Assembly: GCA_964428655.1 (NCBI GenBank) | Contig: CAYRYE010000002.1 | Location: 183,156-247,155 of the forward strand | From: an uncultured Gammaproteobacteria bacterium | Lineage (GTDB): Bacteria; Patescibacteriota; Microgenomatia; UBA12405; JAHJSD01 | Direction of reading: 5' to 3' | DNA: 64,000 nt | Part shown: piece after piece, positions 27,921 through 38,900 of the stretch | How the letters are laid out: each line of letters begins with the position of its first letter | Numbering within the stretch: position 1 is the stretch's first letter | The notes under the pieces: model-generated | What the model saw: the letters and a program-made list of their open reading frames with translations, nothing else | Told to the model about the DNA's origin: nothing | Database searches by the model: none | Program-made: the position numbers and the translations under genes

Positions 27921-29354
27921 ATGACAATAAAAAAACTAATTGGTTTCCTTACTATTATTTTCCTAGTTAGTTTAGTTGTTCCTAAAAATTTGGAAACAGC
28001 TACCTTAAGTTCTGTTAAAAACACTCTAAGCAGTTCTCGTCTTTCCTATGTTGGCGCAGTGGGCAGCGGCAACACAGCTGGAGGCACGCTTTTAACTATT
28101 AAAACCAGTAGTTTGGAAGGCTGGGCAACTTCCGATGATAATTTAAATTTGTTTACCGGTGACTCCTTAATGATTGGTTCTACCAGCCCTTACACTGTGG
28201 TTGATGTCTTTGGCACTGACCAAATTCAAATTTATCGCAGCGGCGGCCTAGGAGCGGATGACGTTGATGTTGACGATCCGGTAATTGCCACCCGCAGTGC
28301 CCAACACACGCTCACCTTTACTCCAATAACTGTTATCGAAGATGGCCGCTATCGGATCAGAATTAAAGCCACTGGGGGAACACAAGCTCAAAGCAAAGAC
28401 GGTATTCCTGATGCTGATGGCTTTGATTTTACCGAAAGCTTCCAAACCAGCTATATTGACTGCACCAGCGCTGACAGCGGCAGCGCCTCAATTGTGTACT
28501 CCGGCGACACCAATTGCCCTACAGGCTACACTTGCGCTTTTTGCACTTATACCGGCAACAATACTCTAGCTGCCAAAAGCATTAATGTTGGCACCACGGC
28601 CGCCGCTCAACAGCCAATCAATCCGTCTCCTTCTTCAACTTCAAAAAGTGCCGGCGAGGCTGATATTTATACTTTTTATGTTGACCACATGGAAGACGAT
28701 TACGATGTCATTGATTCTACCCCCGCTAAAATTGCGGTGATTGAATCAGTCCGGGTAACGGCAGTTGTTGACCCAACAATCGAATTTGAAATTAATGGCG
28801 TTAATGTTGGCCAAACCGCCTGCGACAATGCGTTGGACGTAACTAGCACTGCCACCACTGTCCCTTTTGGCAGTGTGGCCATCAGCACTTTCACTGATTT
28901 GGCTCAGGAGCTAATTGTCTCTACCAATGCTGACGACGGCTACGCGGTCACGGCAATAGAATCAGACCAATTAGCCTTGATCATGGGAACTGGCCTCGAT
29001 CCCGCAATTGATATTGACGATACGCTAGGAGATACCGGTGATTGTGAGTATAACGATTACGATGAGTGGTCAACTACTTCCACCAAAGGTTTTGGTTATT
29101 CACTGGAAAAAATTAATGCCTCTGCCACAGTACCTTTTGAATACGATACCTCTGGTAGTGGCTGCACCGGCACTTTTTGCGCTAAGCAATTTGCTGATAA
29201 TAACGCGGGAGAAACAGCCCAAACAATTTTCAATTCCGGCACTGTAGCCGACTCTGAAAATGTCTATGTCTGCTATCGAGTGATTGTTTCTGAAACTCAA
29301 GAAGCAGGCACATATACTAACGCGATTACCTATGTCGCTAGCGCGACATTCTGA
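27921..29354 (+). CDS. Large secreted WxL-like surface protein
   Basis: Signal peptide; C-terminal domain VPFGSV..LIVSTNADDGYAV..KGFGYSL..QEAGTYTNAITYVASATF is paralogous to the 26061 protein. Confidence 0.65.
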   Translation: MTIKKLIGFLTIIFLVSLVVPKNLETATLSSVKNTLSSSRLSYVGAVGSGNTAGGTLLTIKTSSLEGWATSDDNLNLFTGDSLMIGSTSPYTVVDVFGTDQIQIYRSGGLGADDVDVDDPVIATRSAQHTLTFTPITVIEDGRYRIRIKATGGTQAQSKDGIPDADGFDFTESFQTSYIDCTSADSGSASIVYSGDTNCPTGYTCAFCTYTGNNTLAAKSINVGTTAAAQQPINPSPSSTSKSAGEADIYTFYVDHMEDDYDVIDSTPAKIAVIESVRVTAVVDPTIEFEINGVNVGQTACDNALDVTSTATTVPFGSVAISTFTDLAQELIVSTNADDGYAVTAIESDQLALIMGTGLDPAIDIDDTLGDTGDCEYNDYDEWSTTSTKGFGYSLEKINASATVPFEYDTSGSGCTGTFCAKQFADNNAGETAQTIFNSGTVADSENVYVCYRVIVSETQEAGTYTNAITYVASATF

Positions 29355-29377
29355 AAATTCAAAACTCAAAAATCAAA

Positions 29378-30328
29378 ATGCAAAGCTACATCTCAAAAAT
29401 CAAAAATTTCAAATTTTTATTTGTATTTTTGATCTTTAATCTTTTATTTTTAATTTCCGGCCAAAAAGCCGGCGCCCAGCAGGTAGTCAAAATGGCAGCC
29501 ATCCCCCCAAGAGCCGAAGACCTAATTGCCGATCCAGGTGAAGTCATCACCCGACAAATAAAAGTCCGCAACATGGGTAATGCGGAAATGGATTTTGAAG
29601 CAAAACTACTTGACTTTCTCGTTCAAGACAGAGAAGGAACGCCAGTTTTTTTGGATGATGAACTCTCAGAAGCCGATAATCGCTGGGCTCTTTCCCAATG
29701 GGTCAATGTCTCCCCTTTTAGATTTGTCATCAAGCCTGGCGAAATCAAAGAACTGGATCTGGTCATTACCGTTCCCGAAGACGCCCTAGCCGGCGGCCAT
29801 TACGCGGCAGTTATTTACCAGCCGACAGGAAGTAGAATTGGCGAGGAAGGAAGCGCTACTAAAGTTATTCCCAGTGTGGCCACACTGCTCTATCTAACTG
29901 TCTCCGGAGATATCACTGAAGAGGCTTTTGTCAAAAGAATGGATATTCCCAAACTTTCAGAATTCGGGCCGATTAAAATTATCAGTGAAATCACCAATTT
30001 GTCAGATATTCACATCAAGCCGTCGGGAGTAATTAAAATTTATAATCTCTTTAATAAGCTTTCAACCAGTTTGCAATTAGATGAATATAATATCTTTCCC
30101 AGTCGTTCCAGAATCTATGAAAATATTTGGGAGCAAAAATGGCTTCTTGGCCGCTATAAGGCTGAACTGGAAGGCGCTTATGGCAGTCAGGGACAAACTC
30201 TGCTAGCAATTGCCTACTTTTGGGTGATACCATATAGGCTAATTCTGGTTGGTTTACTGGCTATCACTCTGGCTATTCTTCTCATTGCTTACCTCAGGAA
30301 AAAAAGAAACACGGATTTATCACAATAA
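29378..30328 (+). CDS. WxL-interacting-protein-like (DUF916/DUF3324-like) membrane-anchored protein
   Basis: IPPR..DPGE..IKVRN, VPEDALAGGHYAAV, ITN.SDIHIKP.G, GRYKA and a C-terminal TM. Confidence 0.7.
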   Translation: MQSYISKIKNFKFLFVFLIFNLLFLISGQKAGAQQVVKMAAIPPRAEDLIADPGEVITRQIKVRNMGNAEMDFEAKLLDFLVQDREGTPVFLDDELSEADNRWALSQWVNVSPFRFVIKPGEIKELDLVITVPEDALAGGHYAAVIYQPTGSRIGEEGSATKVIPSVATLLYLTVSGDITEEAFVKRMDIPKLSEFGPIKIISEITNLSDIHIKPSGVIKIYNLFNKLSTSLQLDEYNIFPSRSRIYENIWEQKWLLGRYKAELEGAYGSQGQTLLAIAYFWVIPYRLILVGLLAITLAILLIAYLRKKRNTDLSQ

Positions 30329-30352
30329 ACCCCTATTGTGGTAAATTAAAAT

Positions 30353-31255
30353 ATGAATTTGTTTCGACTCTTTATCCTTTTACCGCTGTTTTTCTTCCAT
30401 GCTCCTAATTCATTTGCCAAAGTCAAATGGCAAAAAACAACCATCAACCGCTTTGACTTGCCGGCCGAGTTCAGCGTCGCTGTTTCAGCCTACATCGGCG
30501 GCTATCTTTTTGACATTGAGGGCCTAACCTCACCTTGGGCTAAGGTGGAGTTTTATTCAACTGAAGGCAATATCCAAGTAACTACTATTGCCGACAACGA
30601 GGGTGTTTTTCTATTTCGCTCGGTTTTAGCTCCTTTGCAAACGGGTGATTTTTGCTTTATCAGCTACGACACCGATAGTATTGCCAATAATCCTTTGTGC
30701 TTTCCTCCTCCCCCACCTCAAACTAAAACAACTATTTCAGGTATTGTGCTCTCGCCAACAATTTCACTTGATAAAGAGATTTTTCGTCAAAACGAATTAG
30801 TTGAAGCCCGAGGCCGCGCTTTTCCCAATGCTCAGATCAAAACTTTCCTTTTTGAACAAGAGCGCTCTTGGTGGCAAGAAATCATCGACGTTATCATTCC
30901 CGCCGCCTTTGCCCGGGAAGGGCCAAAACTAACTATCACCGCCAGCAAGGAAGGCTTTTTCTCCTTTAATCTACCAACCCAAAAATCAACCCGCTGGAGG
31001 TTCTTTGTTGGCCCTCAGCTCACTGATGAAACACCAACCGCCCAAAGTAATACTATTGAATTTTTAGCCTTATCTTGGTGGCAATGGCTGCTTTTAAAGA
31101 TCCTTCGCTTTGTCTATCACGTTCTGCGCTGGCTTTTCAGCTTTTTATTCCGCTGGGAGACAATAATTGCATTATTAATTACCTCAATCAGTATAATCTG
31201 TTTTAAACTAAAATCTAAGAACGCCCCAAAGCAGAGCAAACACGCTACGAGGTAA
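30353..31255 (+). CDS. Exported Ig-like protein with C-terminal TM anchor
   Basis: Signal peptide; G.TSP.A.V and GRAFPNA.I Ig-like strands. Confidence 0.6.
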   Translation: MNLFRLFILLPLFFFHAPNSFAKVKWQKTTINRFDLPAEFSVAVSAYIGGYLFDIEGLTSPWAKVEFYSTEGNIQVTTIADNEGVFLFRSVLAPLQTGDFCFISYDTDSIANNPLCFPPPPPQTKTTISGIVLSPTISLDKEIFRQNELVEARGRAFPNAQIKTFLFEQERSWWQEIIDVIIPAAFAREGPKLTITASKEGFFSFNLPTQKSTRWRFFVGPQLTDETPTAQSNTIEFLALSWWQWLLLKILRFVYHVLRWLFSFLFRWETIIALLITSISIICFKLKSKNAPKQSKHATR

Positions 31256-31298
31256 AAAAACTAAAAGTAACAGTTAAAAACTAAAAGTTTTAAAATTC

Positions 31299-31766
31299 TT
31301 ATCTAAAAGTAACCGTTACACTCTGAGGAAACTCAAGGCCATCAACTAAAGCGGTAACAACAAACTGGCCGGGATAATCACTGACAATTTCAAAAACTGT
31401 TTTGCCGAACTTATCAGTACCAGGCTGAACTTCTTTAATTTGAACCTCACCCTCTGTTCCGGCTGTCTTTGGTGCAACTGTCAGTGAGATTAGCTTATCA
31501 GGAACACCAATACCTTGACTATTTAATAAAAAAGCACTAATTCTTACTTTAGTTTGACCGTCCGCTGAAACTACCAAAGGAGCCCCAAAAACATATGAAT
31601 TGCTTAAAGAATAATCTTTAGGCTTAGCCGCTTTGGTTAAATAAACTAAAGCCTGGGGAACTGCATATTTAGCCAAAACAAAAAGACCAATAATCGAAAT
31701 AAAAATCACTAATATCAAGCCCAATTTTGTTTTCTTTTGCTCCACGGGAGCTACCTTGTCTGGCAT
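31299..31766 (-). CDS. Membrane-anchored Big_1/invasin-like Ig-domain protein
   Basis: TM followed by SADGQTKVRISAFL.N.QG.GVP, TDKFGK..F and GQFVVTA; likely start ATG 31766. Confidence 0.65.
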   Translation of the reverse strand: MPDKVAPVEQKKTKLGLILVIFISIIGLFVLAKYAVPQALVYLTKAAKPKDYSLSNSYVFGAPLVVSADGQTKVRISAFLLNSQGIGVPDKLISLTVAPKTAGTEGEVQIKEVQPGTDKFGKTVFEIVSDYPGQFVVTALVDGLEFPQSVTVTFR

Positions 31767-32351
31767 AATTAAATTAAAACATGAAAGAAATAACTTGTCA
31801 ATTAGAAAAATCGGCAATCTTATAATATAAATCTGTTTTTGAGAATTGACATCAAGTCTGAAAACAATCAAATTAAAAAATAATAAACTTTCCCCTTAGA
31901 AAGTCGATTTTAAATAGATCAGTTTTCTATAGCAAATCATTACAATGTCTGCCAACCAATAGCCTCTAAAATAAATTCTCCTCCTATAATGATTTATTCT
32001 AAGTAATTTTCGTGAAAAACTTCCCTTTTTCACAGACAGTTTTGATGCAAACAATGATGCCAGCAGATCATCTGCGTCCTCAAAACGTCGGAACAGGACC
32101 GAAGGAATCAGCCAAAAACAATCAAATGTGAAATGCCATTGTTCAAGATTCCCGCAGTTTCTCCTTAGTCTTTGCTTCATTAAGCTGTACTAAGTTACAC
32201 AAAGATACTAATCAGTTATTTCCATACTATATCGTGAAAACACTATGAAAAGAAAATCAAGTTATAAGGTCAAGAATCCCCGCAGATTTCCCTTAACAAA
32301 TCTTTCAAAATAACTCGTTCTAAATATATCAAAGGCTATCAAGTTAAGTAC

Positions 32352-32430
32352 TTGACAAGACTTTTATTATAGTGTAATCTGAATTTTGAAGCTATTTTAA
32401 ACTTTATAACTTGTATAACTGGTATAACAT
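32352..32430 (+). promoter_or_regulatory. Promoter of the giant-protein operon with three tandem TATAAC boxes
   Basis: TTGACA(32352)-N17-TAATCT(32375); TATAAC at 32405, 32414 and 32423 (9-bp period). Confidence 0.55.
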
Positions 32431-32439
32431 TTACCGAAA

Positions 32440-32952
32440 ATGCAATATTTTAAGCTAGAAAGGACATTCCAACTCTACCTTTTAAAAATAAGAAACCTCT
32501 CTCCTAGGAGTGTCAAAAATTATTTATCTGACTTCCGCCAGTTCTGGAAATGGTTGCTAAGTCATTCCTCCCGACTACTTCGGGACGGTGAAACGACTCT
32601 CTCAAAGTGGAGGGAACAAACATTCCAAATCCAATCAATCACTCCCCAACTTTTATCTGACTACAAAAACCATCTTTTAACCAGTAATATCAGCAAATCA
32701 ACTACCAAGAGAAAGCTGGCAACTATTAGAATTTTTTGCCAATTCTGCCTAAATCAAAACTGGATGAAGAAAAACCCTGCTCTGGAATTGGAAAATCCAT
32801 CAAGATTAGGTCCAAAAGAAAAAGAAGTCCATGATCTACTCTCCAAATTCGGCAGTTATTTGAAAACTGAAAATATGAGCAAAAATACAATTAAAAATTA
32901 TATAGCTGATGCAAGACAGTATTTGGTATCTGGTATATCGAAAAATGTCTAG
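32440..32952 (+). CDS. Tyrosine-recombinase core-binding (integrase N-terminal SAM-like) domain protein without a catalytic domain
   Basis: FQLYL..RNLSPRSVKNYLSDFRQFWKWL...SKSTTKRKLATIRIFCQFC...NPA, then a second partial copy FGSYLKTENMSKNTIKNYIADARQYL. No R-H-R-H/W-Y catalytic region. Confidence 0.85.
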   Translation: MQYFKLERTFQLYLLKIRNLSPRSVKNYLSDFRQFWKWLLSHSSRLLRDGETTLSKWREQTFQIQSITPQLLSDYKNHLLTSNISKSTTKRKLATIRIFCQFCLNQNWMKKNPALELENPSRLGPKEKEVHDLLSKFGSYLKTENMSKNTIKNYIADARQYLVSGISKNV

Positions 32953-32969
32953 CGGCCGACAGTAAAACA

Positions 32970-35900
32970 ATGAAATATTCAATTTGCAAAGGACTAAAAA
33001 ATAGTCTCAATATGCTGGCTAATTTCCGCCTGCGGACATTGATTACCATTCTCGCCGTCCTGACTACCTTAACTGGAATTGTTTTATTCCTCAACAAAAA
33101 CCCCCAACTAGCCGAGGCTGCCTGGTACAATGGCGCCTGGACTTACAGAAAAAAACTTACCTTTGACAACTCTGGACAAAGTGAAAATCTAACTAACTTC
33201 CCTACTATGGTCAAGCTGACCAGCACTAATTTTACCTTTAGCCAGGCCCAGTCAAGCGGTCAGGATATTAGATTTACTGATTCTGCAGGCACTAACCTTT
33301 TAGATTATGAAATTGAATCTTTTGACGCATCTGGAGAAGAAGCTTATCTCTGGGTCAAGGTGCCTCAAATAGACGGTTCTTCGGCTACAGACTATATCTA
33401 CATGTACTGGGGCAATCCAAGCGCTTCTGATGCCCAAGACGCTGATGCTACCTGGAACAGCAATTATAAAGGGGTTTGGCATTTGAATGATGATGCCGCG
33501 ACCTCCACTGTTTCTGATTCTTCAGGCAACAGCAACAACATCACCAGCTCAGGCACGACTGACAAATATACCAGCACCGGTCAAATGGGAGGCAGTTTTA
33601 CCACCATGGGCACACCCCAGGTTGTTCCCAATCAGGCTGGTAGTACTTCAGAACTATATCCTTCAATAAAACTTGATTCTAATGATTATCCGGTGATTGC
33701 TTTTTTTGATGACACAGACAATGACTTAATGCTGCTCCATTGCAATGACCCAGATTGTAAAGGCGATGATGAAAGTCTTGAGGTGGTTGAAAGCTCCGGA
33801 AATACTGGCTACTACCCTTCACTTCAATTAGATACCAACGACTACCCTGTCATTGCCTACTGGGATAATACTGGTGATGATTTAAAATTTGTTCATTGTG
33901 ATGATGTTAATTGCACTGGTACAGAAACTCCGGTAAGTCTAGACACGGTGGGCGACACCGGTCGTTGGCCTTCAATGCAATTAGACTCTTCTGGCTATCC
34001 AACCATCGCCTATTTTGACAACAGTAATGATGCCCTTAAACTAATTCATTGTGATGATGCTGATTGTACCAGCTATAACACGGAAACTGTTGATGCCACT
34101 GCCAACAGCGCCTATCTCCACAGCATCTCTCTACAATTAGATGACAATGACTATCCGGTGATTGCTTACTACCACCACACTGCTGATCCTACTCGCAAAG
34201 TAAAAGTAACTCGCTGTAATGATGTTGATTGTGATGGCGTTGGTGAATCAACTGAGTCTCCTGTTGACGGCGCCAACCAATACCGCTATCTTTCTCTTCA
34301 ACTTGATATTACTGACGAATATCCCATGATTACTTATTATGATGAAACCATTGGCGACCTTTTTTATATTCACTGCGATGATGCTAACTGCGCCGGCGTG
34401 GAAACACCAAAAACCCTCACCACCGGTACTGCCCGCCAGCCCTGGATGGAATTAAACAGTTCTGGTATTCCAATCATAATTACTCATTACAGCGTCTACC
34501 CCCGGCTTTTTATCTGTTCTGACGCTGACTGCACTACTGACAGTGAACAATATATTACTCTAAATAACCAATATTACTGTAATTATCCCACTATGGAGTT
34601 GGATAGCAATGACTATCCTGTGTTTGCTTGTTATAGCCGAGGTAAAACAGGCAGTTATGATATCAATCTCTATAGACTTAGTCCTAAGTTAACCCAAAGT
34701 TATGACTCGGACTTTGATTTTGGCACCGGAGATTTTTCTGCTTCAATGTGGTTTAAAAGTGATGACGCTTCACAAAACTTTCTCCTTTCCCGCTATGATG
34801 CTGACCAGGGATATAAACTCTGGCTGGATTATGGCGGTCATCCCTGCTTTGGCATTGATGATGACAGTTCTTTTGGTCCTGATGACAGCGCCTGCACTAC
34901 GCCCGCAAATACAGAAGTTGACATGGACGGACAAGGTGGAACTGTTGAAGAACATGATATGAAATTAAACAGTGTTAATGGCTATCCAGTAATTGCTTTT
35001 TTTGATGAAACTAATGATGATTTAGAAGTTGTCCGCTGCAATGACGCTACCTGCACGAGCACAACTACTACCACTATTGATAGCAGCGGCGATGTTGGCC
35101 GTACTCCCTCTCTTCAACTTGATTCAAATAACTATCCAGTTATTGCTTATCATTATAACACCAGCCAAGATTTAAAAATTGTTCATTGTGGTAGTACTGA
35201 TTGCTCCAGCGGCAATACCATTAACACAGTTGACAGCGGCGGTAATGTTGGCGACTACCCTTCTCTTCAACTAGATACTACTAATGGCTATCCGGTGATT
35301 GCCTACTATGACGCCACTAATACAGCCATAAAACTGGTTCATTGTGATGATGTTAACTGTGATGGTGATGAAAGCGGCAATACTGTTACTGTTGACAACA
35401 CTGAAATCGATTATCCTTATATCAGTGTTACTTGGATGAAGCTTGACACCAATGGTTATCCAGTCATGACTTATCATAATAACACTACCTATGACCTTAA
35501 ACTAGCCCACTGCGACAATGCCGGCTGTACTGGTGATCAAAGCGGCAATATTGTTACCGTAGAAACTTCAGGAACTATTGGCAGATATGCCTCGCTTGAA
35601 CTAGATTCAAATGATTATCCAGTTATTGCAACCCATAGAGCCAGCTCTGATCTTAAGCTCATCCATTGCAGTGATGCTAACTGTACTACTAAAACCAGCA
35701 ACTATGTAGAAGAAAGTACTAATATGGATAAAGGATATTACTATATCGACCTAGAACTTAATGACTCAGGTTACCCAGTAATTCTTCACACTTCTTTAGC
35801 TCATTGGAACCATATTTTGACAATTTGCAATGATGTTAATTGCGCCGGCAGTGATGAAAGCTTCACTCATATCCGCGGCAGCGCATCTGATTATTTATTT

Positions 35901-38900
35901 AGCTCTCTGGAGTTAGATAGCAATGATTATCCGGTAATCAGCTATTATGATAGTGGTAAATTAAACCTGCTCCATGCTACTGCTACTACTTATACTGATA
36001 CAAATGCTTATGATGACGGCAGTTGGCATCATTTAGTCGCTGTCAAAGACGATACTTCTTCCATCAAGTTATATATTGACGGAGCTGAAGTAGCTTCTGA
36101 TACTTCAATTGCCGCTCTTAACACTCTGACCTCTGATTCTGCTGAATTAAGACTAGCAGAGACTATTACTGTTCTTGCTGGCAATGACTACTCTACTTAC
36201 AACTGGAGTGGTGATATTGATGAAGTCCAGATTGATAGTACTGCCCGTTCTGCTGATTGGGTAGCTGCTCAGTATCTAAGTGAAAGTGATGGTTTTATTA
36301 CCTTTGGTACTTTAGAACTTGGCTCCACCGGAGATGGAGAAAAACCAGTTGCGTATTGGTCCTTCGACTCCGGTTACGGAACCGTCGCTCAGGATAAAAC
36401 TACTAATAATATCGATCTTGAGATCACAGGTGCCGCTTGGAGATCAGAAGAAGATTGCTTCTCTGGAAAATGTTTATACTTTGACGGATCTGGAGATTAT
36501 TTAAGAAGTACTGACAGCAACGTAACTACAATAGCTTCTGGAGCAAGCGCTACATATTCTGTTTGGTTTAGAACTGGAGATACAACTACAGAGGCAAATT
36601 ATCCAAATATAATGGGAATTAGGGATACATCTTCGTCACCATATGACATATTTAATTTGCGGCTCTATCAAGAAAGAATTGAAGGGGAAATATATGAAAA
36701 CGATAATAACGACAGCATTCGCTGGACAACAAGCGTTATTGACAATCAATGGCATCATGCTGTTCTAGTTAAAAATGGCAACACTGCCCATCTATACGTT
36801 GATGGTCTTTTAAAAGATTCAGGTACTCGAACTTGGGGAGAAATTTCAGACACTGAATTTCTTATTGGAGCAAGAGAAACCACTGGCGGGTATTTTAAGG
36901 GCTTCATAGATGAGCCAAAAGTCTATGACTATGCTAGAACAGCCGCCCAGGTAAAAACTGACTATATCAGAGGGGCTGGTGCTCATGGAGGCAGTGCGGT
37001 TCTAGGAGCTGAAGATACTTCTTATCTTAATGATGGATTGGTTGGGTATTGGAAATTAGAAGAAACCTCTACTCCAGCTATTGATAGTTCTGGAAATGGG
37101 AATTCGGGAACTTGGACTGGCGATAACATTGATGATACAGCAGGAAAGTTTGGAAACAGTATAAGTCTTGGAGGCACAGATGACTATGTAGATATGGGCG
37201 TAGTAGGACCAGTAGATGGAGCAACAGCTTTAACTGTTTCGGCTTGGGTTAAACCAGACGGCGCTGTTAGCGATAGCATTGTTGACCAATATGGCGATAG
37301 CAGTAGTGCTACCTTTCTTTTTTATACCAACTCCTCCGGTTTAAGAGGGCTTGTTGAAGATAGCAGCAGTAATAGATATTACGGAAGCATATCAGATGCC
37401 GCTCTCGCTGTTGACACATGGCAGCACGTTGTTATGACTTGGGATGCTGATAGTCAAACTATTTATGGCTATGTAAATGGTGAAAAACAAACTAATTCTG
37501 TCTCAGCGCCAATCAGCAGCCTTAGAGGAACTGCTGTCAAAAATCTAGTTATTGGCGGCACCTGGAATGATTTTGCCGGTGAAATTGATGAAGTCCGCGT
37601 ATATCAGCGCGCATTAAGTTCAGCGGAAATCCGCGCGCTATATAACTGGGCTCCGGGGCCTGTTCTCTATTACAGCCTTGATGAACATACAGGAACTTCT
37701 ACAGTTTATGATAGATCGGGTAACGACTATGACGGAACAATGAGTGGTCTATCAGAAAGTAGCTGGGTTTTAGGAAAATATGGTAGTGCATTAAACTTTG
37801 ACGGTAATGACAGTGTTAATATAACTGGTTTTACCAGTACTACAAAAAGCAATACTATTGAAATGTGGGCAAAAAGCTCACTAGGAGATACAACTTATGA
37901 CTACCTACTTGATTCAACTACAGGCAGATTTGTTTTTGCCTGGTTTTCCAGTGTGTCTGGGCAAATTGGTTTTTATGACGGCGCCTGGAAATCATTTGGG
38001 GACACACCAAATGACGGTGAATGGCACCATCTTGCTTTAGTATTAAACAGCAGTACTTCTACTGCCTCATTATATATTGATGGCGTTAAATTTGGCTCAG
38101 ATCAGGCATATACAGACAAGGATATTAGCGGAGATACTTATCTGGCAACCAACTATCTTGGTACTGGTGGTTATTTTAATGGCTCTCTTGACGATGTCCG
38201 TATCTACAACTACGCCCGGACTCCAGGGCAGATTGTGGAGGATATGAATGCGGGCCATCCAATTGGAGGCAGTCCTGTTGGAAGTCAAGTTGGTTATTGG
38301 AAGTTTGATGAGGGATATGGAACAACAGCTTATGATAGTGGACTACATGCTGAAAATGGCACTCTAACTAATTCTCCCACTTGGTCAAACTCTGGCAAAA
38401 TTGGCAAGGCTTTAAGTTTCTCCGATAGCAGTAACGCCACTTACGTAAGCATTCCTGGATCAGGAGAGCTTGAAGATGTAACTGATAATAGCTACTCCTT
38501 TTCTGCTTGGATGAACCCAGCTTCCATTCCTTCTTCTGGCACAAATAATGTTATGACAGCAGTGGGTAGACCAGGATACCATACACTAATTGGATACTAC
38601 TACACTCAGAAAATGATCATGCATGTTCGTAATTCAGATGGTACAGCATTTGCCACAACCTCTTCCAATACCTTCTCTATTGATAATTGGAACCATGTAG
38701 TTGGCGTGGCTGATACCAGTGACAACTCTATAAAAATCTATGTCAATGGAAAATTAGAAGGTACTGGCAGTTGGACTGGAACACTCAGGGATTTCGGAAC
38801 CGGAGAATATAGAATTGGAACTTCGAGGAATGGTTCTTGCTCCGCTGATTGGGCATTTTGTTTCGATGGACTAGTTGATGAGGCAAAAATCTATAACACC

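Noticed and set aside
31896-32180. 94-aa minus-strand ORF in the intergenic region
   Set aside because: No recognisable features and it lies in a probable regulatory region; unsupported as a gene.
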